Assembly (NCBI GenBank): GCA_963770895.1
Contig: CAVYRF010000002.1
Span: 896,001-960,000 of the forward strand
Origin: an uncultured Acidobacteriota bacterium
Lineage (GTDB): Bacteria > Acidobacteriota > Thermoanaerobaculia > Multivoradales > UBA5704
Direction: 5' to 3'
Length of the DNA stretch: 64,000 nt
Part shown: positions 40,329-48,434 of the stretch, in pieces
How positions within the stretch are numbered: position 1 is the first letter of the stretch
Layout of the letters: every line of letters starts with the position of its first letter
Made by a program: the position numbers and the translations under genes
The notes under the pieces: model-generated
Told to the model about the DNA's origin: nothing
Databases searched by the model: none
The model's input: only the letters and a program-made list of their open reading frames with translations

Positions 40329-41180
40329 TCATACAGCAGCCGTTCCGACCGCCTCCTCAAGGGTGTAGGGTGAAACCTGCTGCCGCGGATACAAGTGGCG
40401 ACTGAGCTCGGCAAAACGTTCCAACTGCGGCTGCCAGCGGTGGTGCGACACCACCACGGCGCGGCTGCCGACTTCGATCCAGTTGCAGGTATTCAGGTCG
40501 CGCTCGCAGCCGCGGCCGCGGCTGGACGTCGAAGTGCCCGAATGCAGGATCAGCACCGGCGGCCGGCCGCTGGGATAGAACTCCTCCGAGCTGCCCAGGT
40601 AGGCGCGATGCAGGTGGCCGGACAGCACCAGGTCGACGCCGGCGGCGGAGAACGCCTCCATCGCGCGGCGCGCATTGACCAGCACCTTTTGCGGACCGAA
40701 GGCCGGCGGCGGGATCAACTGGTGATGCGCCACCACCACCTTGAACAGGGCAGCCGGCGCCGCCGCCAGCAGCGCGCTCACCTCGCGCAGCCGCCGCACG
40801 GTGATGCGGCCGCCCTGCACCGTCCAGCCAAAGGCGGTGTTGACGCCAACCACCAGCATCTCATCGTCGCGGTAGACCGGCTCCAGCTCGGGGCTGAAAT
40901 CGCGGCGGTAGGCGCCGAACGGCGAAAACACCCGTTCCCAGACGCGATACATCGGCACGTCGTGATTGCCGGGCACCACCAGGGTCGGCGCCGGGATCTG
41001 GTCGACGAAGCGACGCGCGGCGCGGAACTGCTCGGGCTTGGCGCGTTGCGTCAGGTCGCCCGAAACCACCACCAGGTCGGGCCGGCGGCTGGCGATCAGC
41101 TCCAGCAAGCCCGCGGCGACGCGCGGCCGGTGCGGCGGCCCAAAATGGACGTCCGAGCAGTGCAGAAGGGTGCGGGTCAC
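40329..41180 (-). CDS. Calcineurin-like metallophosphoesterase
   Basis: SDVHFG, SGDLT, PGNHD, AHH, LSGHLH. Confidence 0.92.
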   Translation of the reverse strand: MTRTLLHCSDVHFGPPHRPRVAAGLLELIASRRPDLVVVSGDLTQRAKPEQFRAARRFVDQIPAPTLVVPGNHDVPMYRVWERVFSPFGAYRRDFSPELEPVYRDDEMLVVGVNTAFGWTVQGGRITVRRLREVSALLAAAPAALFKVVVAHHQLIPPPAFGPQKVLVNARRAMEAFSAAGVDLVLSGHLHRAYLGSSEEFYPSGRPPVLILHSGTSTSSRGRGCERDLNTCNWIEVGSRAVVVSHHRWQPQLERFAELSRHLYPRQQVSPYTLEEAVGTAAV

Positions 41181-41201
41181 CGTTTCAGCGGCCCGAACCC
41201 A

Positions 41202-41453
41202 TCAGAGCTCGACCTCCTGGCCCAGCATCGAGCTGACGTTCTTGGCCACTTCGGCCGAGGCAAAGCTGCCGATCGCGCTCAGGATCGCCGGGCCCTGGCT
41301 GCGAGCGAGCAGGAAGCCCCCCAACGCCGCCACCGCCAGCGCCGGCAGCGGCCACGCACGCACCACCTCCTGCCAATCCAGCTCCTCGGGCAGCAGCTCG
41401 TCGAGCAGGTCGCTGACGATCGCTTCGGCTTTGGTCGAGATCTTTTCGGGCAT
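41202..41453 (-). CDS. Small hypothetical membrane protein
   Basis: CAGGAG RBS; VRAWPLPALAVAALGGFLLAR resembles DUF883-type tails. Confidence 0.65.
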   Translation of the reverse strand: MPEKISTKAEAIVSDLLDELLPEELDWQEVVRAWPLPALAVAALGGFLLARSQGPAILSAIGSFASAEVAKNVSSMLGQEVEL

Positions 41454-41651
41454 CCTGGCGCTCCTGGAAAACGGCGGCGCGATCACGCGGCACCCGCAAC
41501 GCGGGCCGCCGCCGGAAGGCCCGAGACCGGCCTGTTGCCGATCCCGGAGCGGAGCGCAGTATAGCGAACGGCCCGTGCCCCGCCGGTCGCGTCGCAGGCG
41601 CGATCACCTGCAAGTTGACCGCCCAGGCACGGGCGCGCAAGCTACTACTAC

Positions 41652-42038
41652 CTAGTCGTCGTCCTCGGTGTCGCGCCGGCGCAGTACCAAGCCCACCAGA
41701 AAGCCGATCCCGGCGGCGATCAGCACCGACTTGCCGGGGTTTTCGCGCACGTATTCGCCCACGTCGCGGCCCACCCGCTCCACGTCGCGGCGGGCGCGGC
41801 GATAGCCCTTCTGCACCTTGTCCGCCGCATCGTTGTAGGCCGCGCGCGCCACCTTCGCGTTCTTGCGCAGCTCCTTGCGGGCGCGCTCGGCGCTGCGGCG
41901 CACCTCTTTGGAGGCGCTCCGGTACCGGCCCTGCATATCGTCACCCAGACGCTGGAACTTTTCCCGCGCCGCTGCAACTCCATCGGTTACCGCTCCTACC
42001 GCCTTTTCGGCACTTTCGCCGAAGACTGTATCGGCCAT
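41652..42038 (-). CDS. DUF883/ElaB/YqjD-family tail-anchored protein
   Basis: EYVRENPGKSVLIAAGIGFLVGLVLRRR; AGGAGG RBS. Confidence 0.9.
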   Translation of the reverse strand: MADTVFGESAEKAVGAVTDGVAAAREKFQRLGDDMQGRYRSASKEVRRSAERARKELRKNAKVARAAYNDAADKVQKGYRRARRDVERVGRDVGEYVRENPGKSVLIAAGIGFLVGLVLRRRDTEDDD

Positions 42039-42226
42039 GTCTGCCTCCTGCCTCTAGAGCTCAACTGTTTGACACCATGAGCTTCCCGACGGCCCAGCCG
42101 CGATCCGCCCTGGTCTTGGTTCAATACGTAGCACTTTTCATGCCGGCCCCGTCGAAGGCCGGCGGCACCCGGCGAGCACCGCACGCACTCCTGGTAGACT
42201 GCACCTACCGCCGCACGGATTTGCCG

Positions 42227-43468
42227 ATGGGACGCGCGACCTTTCCCCGCCAGCTTGCCCGCTTCTTCGCCCTCACCTTCCGCCAGGGCTACGAAGATTC
42301 GATCTACCTGACCGCTTCGGCGCTCGCCTTTGTCACCATCCTGTCGCTCGTGCCGCTGCTCGCGGCGCTCTCCTTTGTCGGTGCCAGGGTGTTCAGCCAG
42401 TACCCCGAAAAGAGCCTGGAGGTCTTCATCCAGGTGCTGCCCTACGCCGAAAAGGGGCTGACCGACAAGCTGCGCGAATTCCTCGACCAGGCCGAAGCCA
42501 TGCACGGCGTCGGCCTGGCGGCGCTGTTCGGCACCTCGCTCTTTGCCTTCGCCACCATCGAGGAGACGTTCAACAAGATCTGGCACGTCTCTCGCCGCCG
42601 CCTGTTCCGCCACCGCCTGCTGACCTTCAGCCTGCTGCTCTTCTGGGGTCCGCTGGTCGTCGGCGTCACCTTTTCGAGCCTCATCCTGGTGCGCCAGAGC
42701 CCGGCGCTGCGCGAGCTGGTGCGCGATTCGCTGCTGCTGCACATCGCCCCCTTTCTCGCCACCGTCGTCGGCCTGACCCTGCTCTACTGGCTGGTCCCCT
42801 CGACCACCGTGCGCTTCCGCAACGCCCTCGCCGGCGGCTTGCTGGGCGCCATCCTCCTGGAAGCGTTGCGCCAGACCTTCGGCTATTACGTCGAGTTCTT
42901 CCGCGGCGTCAGCACCGTCTACGGCAGCTCCGCGTTCGTCCTGCTCTTCATGATCTCGATCGAGATCACCTGGACCATCGTGCTCCTGGGCACCGAGGCC
43001 GCCTACACCGCCCAGCACTTCGCCCTCCTGACCCGCGACCGCCACACCCACCCCCCGGTCGAAGCCAGCTGGGTGGGCCTTGCCGCCCTCGCCTACCTGG
43101 CCGCCCTGGCCGGCGACAGCGCCCCCCAGCCCTCGACCGAGGAGCTTGCCCGCCATCTCAGCCTGCCCGCCCGCGACCTGGAACGCGCCCTCCACCCCCT
43201 CCTGGTCCGCGGCCTGCTCGCGGAAACCGCCGAGCGGGGCTATCTCCTGGGCCGCAGCCCCGCCGATCTCCCCGTCGAAGCGGTCTTCGACGCCTACGAG
43301 CACCGCGCGCGCCGCAGCGTCGAGCACACCGGAGACCACCTCCGCCCCCGCCTGGAATCCTGGATCGCCCACCTCGCCACCACCCGCGCCCAAAGCCTGG
43401 GCCCCATGACGCTGGCCGATCTGCTTGCCGCTCCTGAAGCCGGCGCCCCTCCAGTTTCCGAGTCGTAG
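42227..43468 (+). CDS. YihY/BrkB inner-membrane protein with a C-terminal wHTH (Rrf2-like) domain
   Basis: ASALAFVTILSLVPLL, IEETFNKIW, VYGSSAFV, WTIVLLGTE. Confidence 0.9.
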   Translation: MGRATFPRQLARFFALTFRQGYEDSIYLTASALAFVTILSLVPLLAALSFVGARVFSQYPEKSLEVFIQVLPYAEKGLTDKLREFLDQAEAMHGVGLAALFGTSLFAFATIEETFNKIWHVSRRRLFRHRLLTFSLLLFWGPLVVGVTFSSLILVRQSPALRELVRDSLLLHIAPFLATVVGLTLLYWLVPSTTVRFRNALAGGLLGAILLEALRQTFGYYVEFFRGVSTVYGSSAFVLLFMISIEITWTIVLLGTEAAYTAQHFALLTRDRHTHPPVEASWVGLAALAYLAALAGDSAPQPSTEELARHLSLPARDLERALHPLLVRGLLAETAERGYLLGRSPADLPVEAVFDAYEHRARRSVEHTGDHLRPRLESWIAHLATTRAQSLGPMTLADLLAAPEAGAPPVSES

Positions 43469-43482
43469 CTGGAGCGCCAGGC

Positions 43483-43549
43483 CCCCCAGCCACCGGCTCG
43501 GTACCCATGGGCAGAAAGCTCGGTACCCATGGGCAGAGGGCTCGGTACC
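43483..43549. repeat. Short tandem repeat with 22-bp period, linked to the family A element end
   Basis: GCTCGGTACCCATGGGCAGA at 43496 and 43518, partial copy at 43540; inverse of the CCATGGGYACCGAGCC units at 56970-57027. Confidence 0.75.
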
Positions 43550-43712
43550 TGACGTAGGCCAACTAAATCCTCGATCGCCTACAGTTGCAGGCTCCCTATC
43601 CTAAATCCGCGGCTGGATTCGTCCTTCTTGGTGACGTTGCCTCATCAAGGGGCGAACAGCTTTGGGTCAGGATGCTCTCGACTTGGGGGCAGAAAATCGC
43701 AAGGGGAATCAA

Positions 43713-44372
43713 GTGCCTACCAGGCTGCACCTGTTTGCCGATGAGTCCGGCAACTTCGATTTCAGCAGGAAGAAGGATGCCTCCCGTTATTTCATTCTGA
43801 CTGCCGCGACTTTACCGGAGTGCGCCGAGGTCAGCGCGCGTATCAGCGAGCTCCGGCACCAGCTGGCATGGGAAGGACACGATCATCCTGGGCCATTTCA
43901 CGCCGCGCGTGATCCTGCCCCGGTTCGCCACAGGGTATTCGGCTTGATAGCAGGCTGCGATGTCCGGGTTGACGCGCTGCTGCTGGAAAAGGCCAAGGCG
44001 ATGCCACATATCCGCACTACGGAAGAGCTGTTCTATCAGCATGCGTGGTTCTATCTGATGAAATACGTAGCTCCTCGGCTCTCGTGCGATGAACTGCTGG
44101 TCGTAACCGCGTCTCTCGGCAACAAGAAGAAAAGACGCGCCGCGTTCTATCGAGCGGTACAGGATGTTATGAGCTAGGTAGCCCGGCACATGAGGTACAG
44201 AACCGCCTGTTGGGAATCGAGCTCAGACGGCTGCCTGCAAGTCGCGGATTACTGCGGGTGGGCGATCCAGCGCAAATGGGAGGCAGGCGATGCGGCGGCC
44301 CATAGCCAGATCGCCGACAAGATCAGATCCGAGTACAACCTGTTTGGCAGGGGTTCAACGGTTTACTACTAG
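43713..44372 (+). pseudogene. DUF3800 (RNase H-like) protein interrupted by an in-frame TAG at 44175-44177
   Basis: LFADESGNFDF, FHAARD, then after the stop in the same frame LQVADYCGWAIQRKWE; AAGGGG RBS, GTG start. Confidence 0.85.
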
Positions 44373-44374
44373 CG

Positions 44375-44449
44375 GGGGGAACTGCGGCTAGCTATCTGCC
44401 CTGGAGCAGAAGAGCATTGTGGTACTCGTGTCACTAGCCTCCTTCATCA
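44375..44449 (-). ncRNA. Candidate DUF3800-associated three-way-junction RNA
   Basis: Minus strand GGCUAG..GAGU-loop-GCUC..UCUGC-loop-GCAGA..CUAGCC (44439-44386), immediately downstream of a convergent promoter. Confidence 0.6.
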
Positions 44450-44455
44450 AAGCGG

Positions 44456-44485
44456 ACTCTATGGCGTAAATGAGGCGTCTGTCAA
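44456..44485 (-). promoter_or_regulatory. Sigma70-type promoter driving the convergent RNA
   Basis: TTGACA-N18-TAGAGT on the minus strand, with no ORF downstream before the DUF3800 stop. Confidence 0.65.
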
Positions 44486-44494
44486 GGAGGCCGG

Positions 44495-44773
44495 TTGGTG
44501 AGCGGCGGCCAGGCGGCGGCGGGAGTGGAGATCTCCGACCAGTCCGGCTATTTCTGGTTCTTCGGCAGCTCCAACATGGAGGTTACCGTCAAGGTTCTGG
44601 ACGGCCGGCCGGTGAACGGCCACTTCTGGCTGTTCGCCGCCAGCATGACCACCGAGCCGTTCGTCCTGGCGCTGACCGACACGCAGGGCACCTGCGCCTC
44701 ACCCCCCTGCGTCAAGTACTACGCCAATCCGGCCGGCATCAACCAGAACTTCATCGACCTGGCGGCCGACTGA
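44495..44773 (+). pseudogene. 5'-truncated duplicate of the C-terminal FWFF domain of the next gene
   Basis: Near-identical DNA and protein to 45273-45555; no signal peptide. Confidence 0.7.
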
Positions 44774-44823
44774 GCCGCGGGCTGCAAAACCTTTCAACGG
44801 GACGATCGGGTAAGGAGGCGGAG

Positions 44824-45555
44824 ATGCGCAACGTTCTTTCGGCCGCCGGGCGCGGGGCCTTGTTGCTGCTGCTGGGCGCGGCGCCGCTCGGAGCGACCGG
44901 TGTCAATCCTCAGCTGAGCGTCACCCCTGCCAACCCTTCGACGGCCGACGACGTGACGGTGCAGGCGCAGGTCGACTACGACCCCGATGCGGGGGGCGTC
45001 GTCGAGTTCTACCTCACCCGGACGGAGAACGTCTTCACCGTCAACACCGCCGGAATACCGCTCTGCCCGGTGCCGCCCGGCCCCGATTACGGCCAGCTCG
45101 ATCTGGGTAAGCTGCCATCCGGGCTCTACCAGGTGGTGATGACCGTTGCCGGCACCACCACGGCCAGGCTGTTCAGCGTCTCGGCCCTAGCGACCGCCGC
45201 TCAGGGGTTGGCCTTCGACAGCGGGCGCTTCCAGCTGGCGCTGCTGCACGGCGCGACGGTCGCTGGCGGCACGGTGCGCGGCGGTCAGGCGGCGGCGGGG
45301 GTGCAGATCTCCGACCAGTCCGGTTACTTCTGGTTCTTCGACAGCTCCAACATGGAGGTCACGGTCAAGGTCCTGGACGGCGGGCCGGTGAACGGCCACT
45401 TCTGGCTGTTCGCCGCCAGCATGACCACCGAGCCGTTCGTTCTGGCGCTGACCGACACGCAGGGCACCTGCGCCACGCCCCCCTGCGTCAAGTACTACGC
45501 CAACCCGGCCGGCATCAACCAGAACTTCATCGACCTGGCCGCCGCCGCCGACTGA
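44824..45555 (+). CDS. Secreted protein with an Ig-like domain and a C-terminal FWFF domain
   Basis: TAAGGAGG RBS; signal peptide; SGYFWFFDSSNMEVTVKVLDG...NGHFWLFAASMT. Confidence 0.85.
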   Translation: MRNVLSAAGRGALLLLLGAAPLGATGVNPQLSVTPANPSTADDVTVQAQVDYDPDAGGVVEFYLTRTENVFTVNTAGIPLCPVPPGPDYGQLDLGKLPSGLYQVVMTVAGTTTARLFSVSALATAAQGLAFDSGRFQLALLHGATVAGGTVRGGQAAAGVQISDQSGYFWFFDSSNMEVTVKVLDGGPVNGHFWLFAASMTTEPFVLALTDTQGTCATPPCVKYYANPAGINQNFIDLAAAAD

Positions 45556-45616
45556 TCGGCAGCGCCATCGAGGGCCCCGGGCACCCAGCCACCGCGGGTT
45601 TCACAGCTATGGGCTG

Positions 45617-45633
45617 CTAGTGCCCCGCACTAG
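45617..45633. repeat. Hairpin direct repeat at the dGTPase stop
   Basis: CTAGTGCCCCGCACTAG; the 16-mer TAGTGCCCCGCACTAG is identical to 47042-47057. Confidence 0.85.
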
Positions 45634-47054
45634 AGCGGCTTGAACATGGTGGTGAAGACGTCCGAGCTGAGGCGCGCGTAGAACTCGGTGGCATAGCGGT
45701 CTGTCATGCCGGCGATGAAGTCACAAATCACGCGCGGGCGCTGCATCTTGGAAGCTTGCTGGTACCGCTGATAGAAGTCAGCGGGCAGGAGCGCTTCGCC
45801 CCCTTCTGCCGAGAGCGCCCTGAAGATCGATCGCACTACCTGTTCGCCTCGATGCGCCACCATCCGGAGCCTCGGCGAGGTGATCAACAAGACATAGCTC
45901 ATCTGCTTGAGCACCGACACCTGGATGCGCTCGTCCCGGCGCATGGTCACGCGCGAAAACGCCGGCCGGCGGCGATCGAGGTCAAGTTCGACGGCATGGA
46001 TGAACTGATTGACCAGGGTGCTGGTCAGAAAGGTCCGATAGAAACCGATCGACGCCAGCTGCCTGGCGTTGTTAAACGTTTTGCCGGCCTCCCTGAGATA
46101 CCAATCCTGCCAGTCCGCGGTCGGCGCATCGGGGGGAGCGGCATAAAACAGCAGCTTGAGGACGTCACGGACATCGCCGACCGTCACGCCTTGGTCGAGC
46201 TCCGCCGAAACTCGTCGCGCCACATCCGAGGCCACCGTGTCATTGGGATAGAGCATGTCCAGCGGCAGGAGCAACCCTCCCTTGAAGGCATCTTCCAGGT
46301 CGTAGGTGGAATAGGCGATGTCATCCGCCAGGTCCATGATCTGACACTCGACCGCCCAAAACTGGAAAGATCCGTCAAAGGCGAGGTCTTGCTTGACGCG
46401 CTCCACCACCGGCAGCTCCGAAAGGTAGTACCCCTTGACCAGCTTGTCGTCAGGGCCGCGCTGGAAAGGGATCGCAGTGTCGTACTTGAGAATCGATGCC
46501 AGGGTACGAGAGCAGAGATTGAGACCGACGGCCACGTCCTCATCGTGGCGGTACCAGACCGGGCTGCCCGCCGCAATCTGAGCGTTTGGGTCATCCAACT
46601 TTTTTTCCAACCGGCACAGGATGCGCAGAGTCTGGGCGTTCCCCTCGAACCCGCCGAAACGGTGCATCTCCTGGTCGAGCACAGCTTCACCGGTATGGCC
46701 AAACGGTGGATGACCCAGGTCGTGAGCGAGGCCCGCGAACTCGATCAGGTCCTCGTCGAGTTGCAGATGCGAGGCTTCCAACTCGACGTTCAACTTGCGG
46801 GCAATGGTCGCCGCGATCTGCGCGACTTCAAGGGAATGGGTGAGCCGATTGCGAAAGAAATCCGATTCCAGGCCGGCGAACAGCTGGGTCTTGCCCTGGA
46901 GGCGCCGAAAGGCAGCGCAATGAATGAGCCGCGCTCGGTCCCGCCAGAAAGGCGAGCGCCAGGGCGGCTCATGGCCGGTACCCTTGCCCAGCTCAATGGC
47001 GAGGGCGCGGCGGTAATCGGACTTGCGGTACAGCGGTGCTGTAGTGCCCCGCAC
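45630..47054 (-). CDS. dgt: dGTP triphosphohydrolase (HD family)
   Basis: RDRARLIH..AFRRLQGKTQ, RLTHSLEVAQ, AHDLGHPPFGHTGE, FEGNAQ, ADDIAYS, DFIAGMTDRYA. Confidence 0.93.
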   Translation of the reverse strand: MRGTTAPLYRKSDYRRALAIELGKGTGHEPPWRSPFWRDRARLIHCAAFRRLQGKTQLFAGLESDFFRNRLTHSLEVAQIAATIARKLNVELEASHLQLDEDLIEFAGLAHDLGHPPFGHTGEAVLDQEMHRFGGFEGNAQTLRILCRLEKKLDDPNAQIAAGSPVWYRHDEDVAVGLNLCSRTLASILKYDTAIPFQRGPDDKLVKGYYLSELPVVERVKQDLAFDGSFQFWAVECQIMDLADDIAYSTYDLEDAFKGGLLLPLDMLYPNDTVASDVARRVSAELDQGVTVGDVRDVLKLLFYAAPPDAPTADWQDWYLREAGKTFNNARQLASIGFYRTFLTSTLVNQFIHAVELDLDRRRPAFSRVTMRRDERIQVSVLKQMSYVLLITSPRLRMVAHRGEQVVRSIFRALSAEGGEALLPADFYQRYQQASKMQRPRVICDFIAGMTDRYATEFYARLSSDVFTTMFKPL

Positions 47055-47057
47055 TAG
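47042..47057. repeat. Hairpin direct repeat at the dGTPase start
   Basis: TAGTGCCCCGCACTAG, containing the overlapping TAG stop and GTG start on the minus strand. Confidence 0.85.
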
Positions 47058-47221
47058 CCACGCTTGGCGGAGGGGCGTTTCCGCGTTGCCGCTGGCTTCG
47101 TTGCGTCGGATTTGGCGGGGGCGCGCTCGTCAGGAGAATGCCTGGTCAGCACGATCGAATGCGTGCTCTCGGTGAGCTTCCGAAGACTCGCGTACATGGT
47201 TTCAAGCTCGTCCTTGATCAT
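47054..47221 (-). CDS. 55-aa hypothetical leader protein coupled to dGTPase
   Basis: CAGGGAGG RBS; MIKDELETMYASLRKL...KRPSAKRG; its stop overlaps the dGTPase GTG. Confidence 0.55.
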   Translation of the reverse strand: MIKDELETMYASLRKLTESTHSIVLTRHSPDERAPAKSDATKPAATRKRPSAKRG

Positions 47222-47331
47222 TCGCGGCCTCCCTGAAGAAATAGTAGCATACCGCTCTACTTTCGCCTTTGACCCTCGCGTTTGCGACTGTGGCGGCTCG
47301 ATCCTGCCGAGGCAACACCGAGTTGACGTGC

Positions 47332-47360
47332 TTGTGGGGTCGGGGTGGGGCGGGTACAAT
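47332..47360 (+). promoter_or_regulatory. tRNA promoter
   Basis: TTGTGG-N17-TACAAT, 14 nt upstream of the tRNA. Confidence 0.55.
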
Positions 47361-47374
47361 ACGCGGTCTCTCGT

Positions 47375-47450
47375 GGGGCAGTAGCTCAGCTGGGAGAGCA
47401 CCACGTTCGCAACGTGGGGGTCGAGGGTTCGAATCCCTTCTGCTCCACCA
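47375..47450 (+). tRNA. tRNA-Ala(CGC)
   Basis: 76 nt; GGGGCAG/CTGCTCC acceptor stem with G3:U70; anticodon loop TTCGCAA; GGTTCGAATC; encoded CCA. Confidence 0.98.
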
Positions 47451-47491
47451 ATCTTCTTTTTTGATCTGCGGCGGATCGCTGGACCGCACCG

Positions 47492-48430
47492 ATGGACTCT
47501 CAGCAGCTGGCTGACGGTGGCGGCGCGCTTCCCCAGGAGGTGCGCTGGGAGCGCATGCTTCCACACCAGCTGGAGGCGGCTTTCGCGGCCTGCCCCGGCG
47601 TGTATTTCGGCTACGGCCTGTGCGAACCCCATGGGCCGCACAACGCCCTTGGCCTGGACGCCCTCAAGGCGCACGGTCTGCTGGTGCGCACCGCCCGCGA
47701 GCATGGCGGCATCGTCGCGCCCCCCGACTACTGGCACGTTCACGAGATGGGCGGCTACGCCCTGTGGGCCGAGCGTGAGATTGGCGAGGCGCGGCCCTGG
47801 CTGACCGCGGTGCCGCCCTGGGTCCACTTCAAGAACATCTGCTACCACGTCCGCGCCGCGGAGGTCCTGGGCTTCCATGCCGCCATCCTCCTGACCGGCC
47901 ACTACGGCCCCAACTATCAGGACCTGGAGTCGCTGGTCGGCTGGCTGCAACCCTGGACCCGCATGCGCCTGCGCGGCCTGGCCGACTTTGCGGTGAATCG
48001 ACCCGGCTTTCCGGGAGACGGCGCCGACGGCGATCACGCCGGCAAGGTCGAAACCTCGCAGCTCTGGGCCCTGGAGCCCGACTGCGTCGACATGAGCCGC
48101 ATCCCCCCCAACCCCGCCTTCCCCCAATTCGCCATGGGCCGCAACGCCGCCCAAGCCACCCGCGAAGCCGGCGAGCAGATGGTCGCCGCCCAGGTCGCCG
48201 GCCTGGGCACCCTCCTGCGCCAGCTCCTGTCCGACTACGACCCCGCCCGCTCCTCCCGCCTGCGCACCTTCGCCGACGTCGAACGCTTCTGGCACGAAGA
48301 GGTCCGCCCCGCCCTCCCCCACCTCAAGACCATGCGCCCCACCTGGTACGCCAAACCATCCCCCGACCCCACCTCCCGCTGGCACGAAAACTGGCCCATC
48401 CCCGATCTGCCCCGAGGGGAAGATCCCTAG
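47492..48430 (+). CDS. Creatininase (creatinine amidohydrolase) family protein
   Basis: CEPHGPHNALGLD, TGHYGPN, DHAGKVETS. Confidence 0.88.
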   Translation: MDSQQLADGGGALPQEVRWERMLPHQLEAAFAACPGVYFGYGLCEPHGPHNALGLDALKAHGLLVRTAREHGGIVAPPDYWHVHEMGGYALWAEREIGEARPWLTAVPPWVHFKNICYHVRAAEVLGFHAAILLTGHYGPNYQDLESLVGWLQPWTRMRLRGLADFAVNRPGFPGDGADGDHAGKVETSQLWALEPDCVDMSRIPPNPAFPQFAMGRNAAQATREAGEQMVAAQVAGLGTLLRQLLSDYDPARSSRLRTFADVERFWHEEVRPALPHLKTMRPTWYAKPSPDPTSRWHENWPIPDLPRGEDP

Positions 48431-48434
48431 TCAG

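Noticed and set aside
43483-43549. Possible mini-CRISPR (also 56970-57027 and 57164-57258)
   Set aside because: Tandem units with only 2-11 nt between them, no unique spacers of CRISPR length, and no cas genes.
44175-44177. Pyrrolysine or genome-wide TAG recoding
   Set aside because: Many neighbouring genes terminate normally at TAG and no pyl genes are visible.
47375-47450. tRNA-Ala as the att site of an integrated island
   Set aside because: No integrase and no duplicated tRNA 3' end found in the window; the dGTPase cassette lies upstream of the tRNA rather than downstream.
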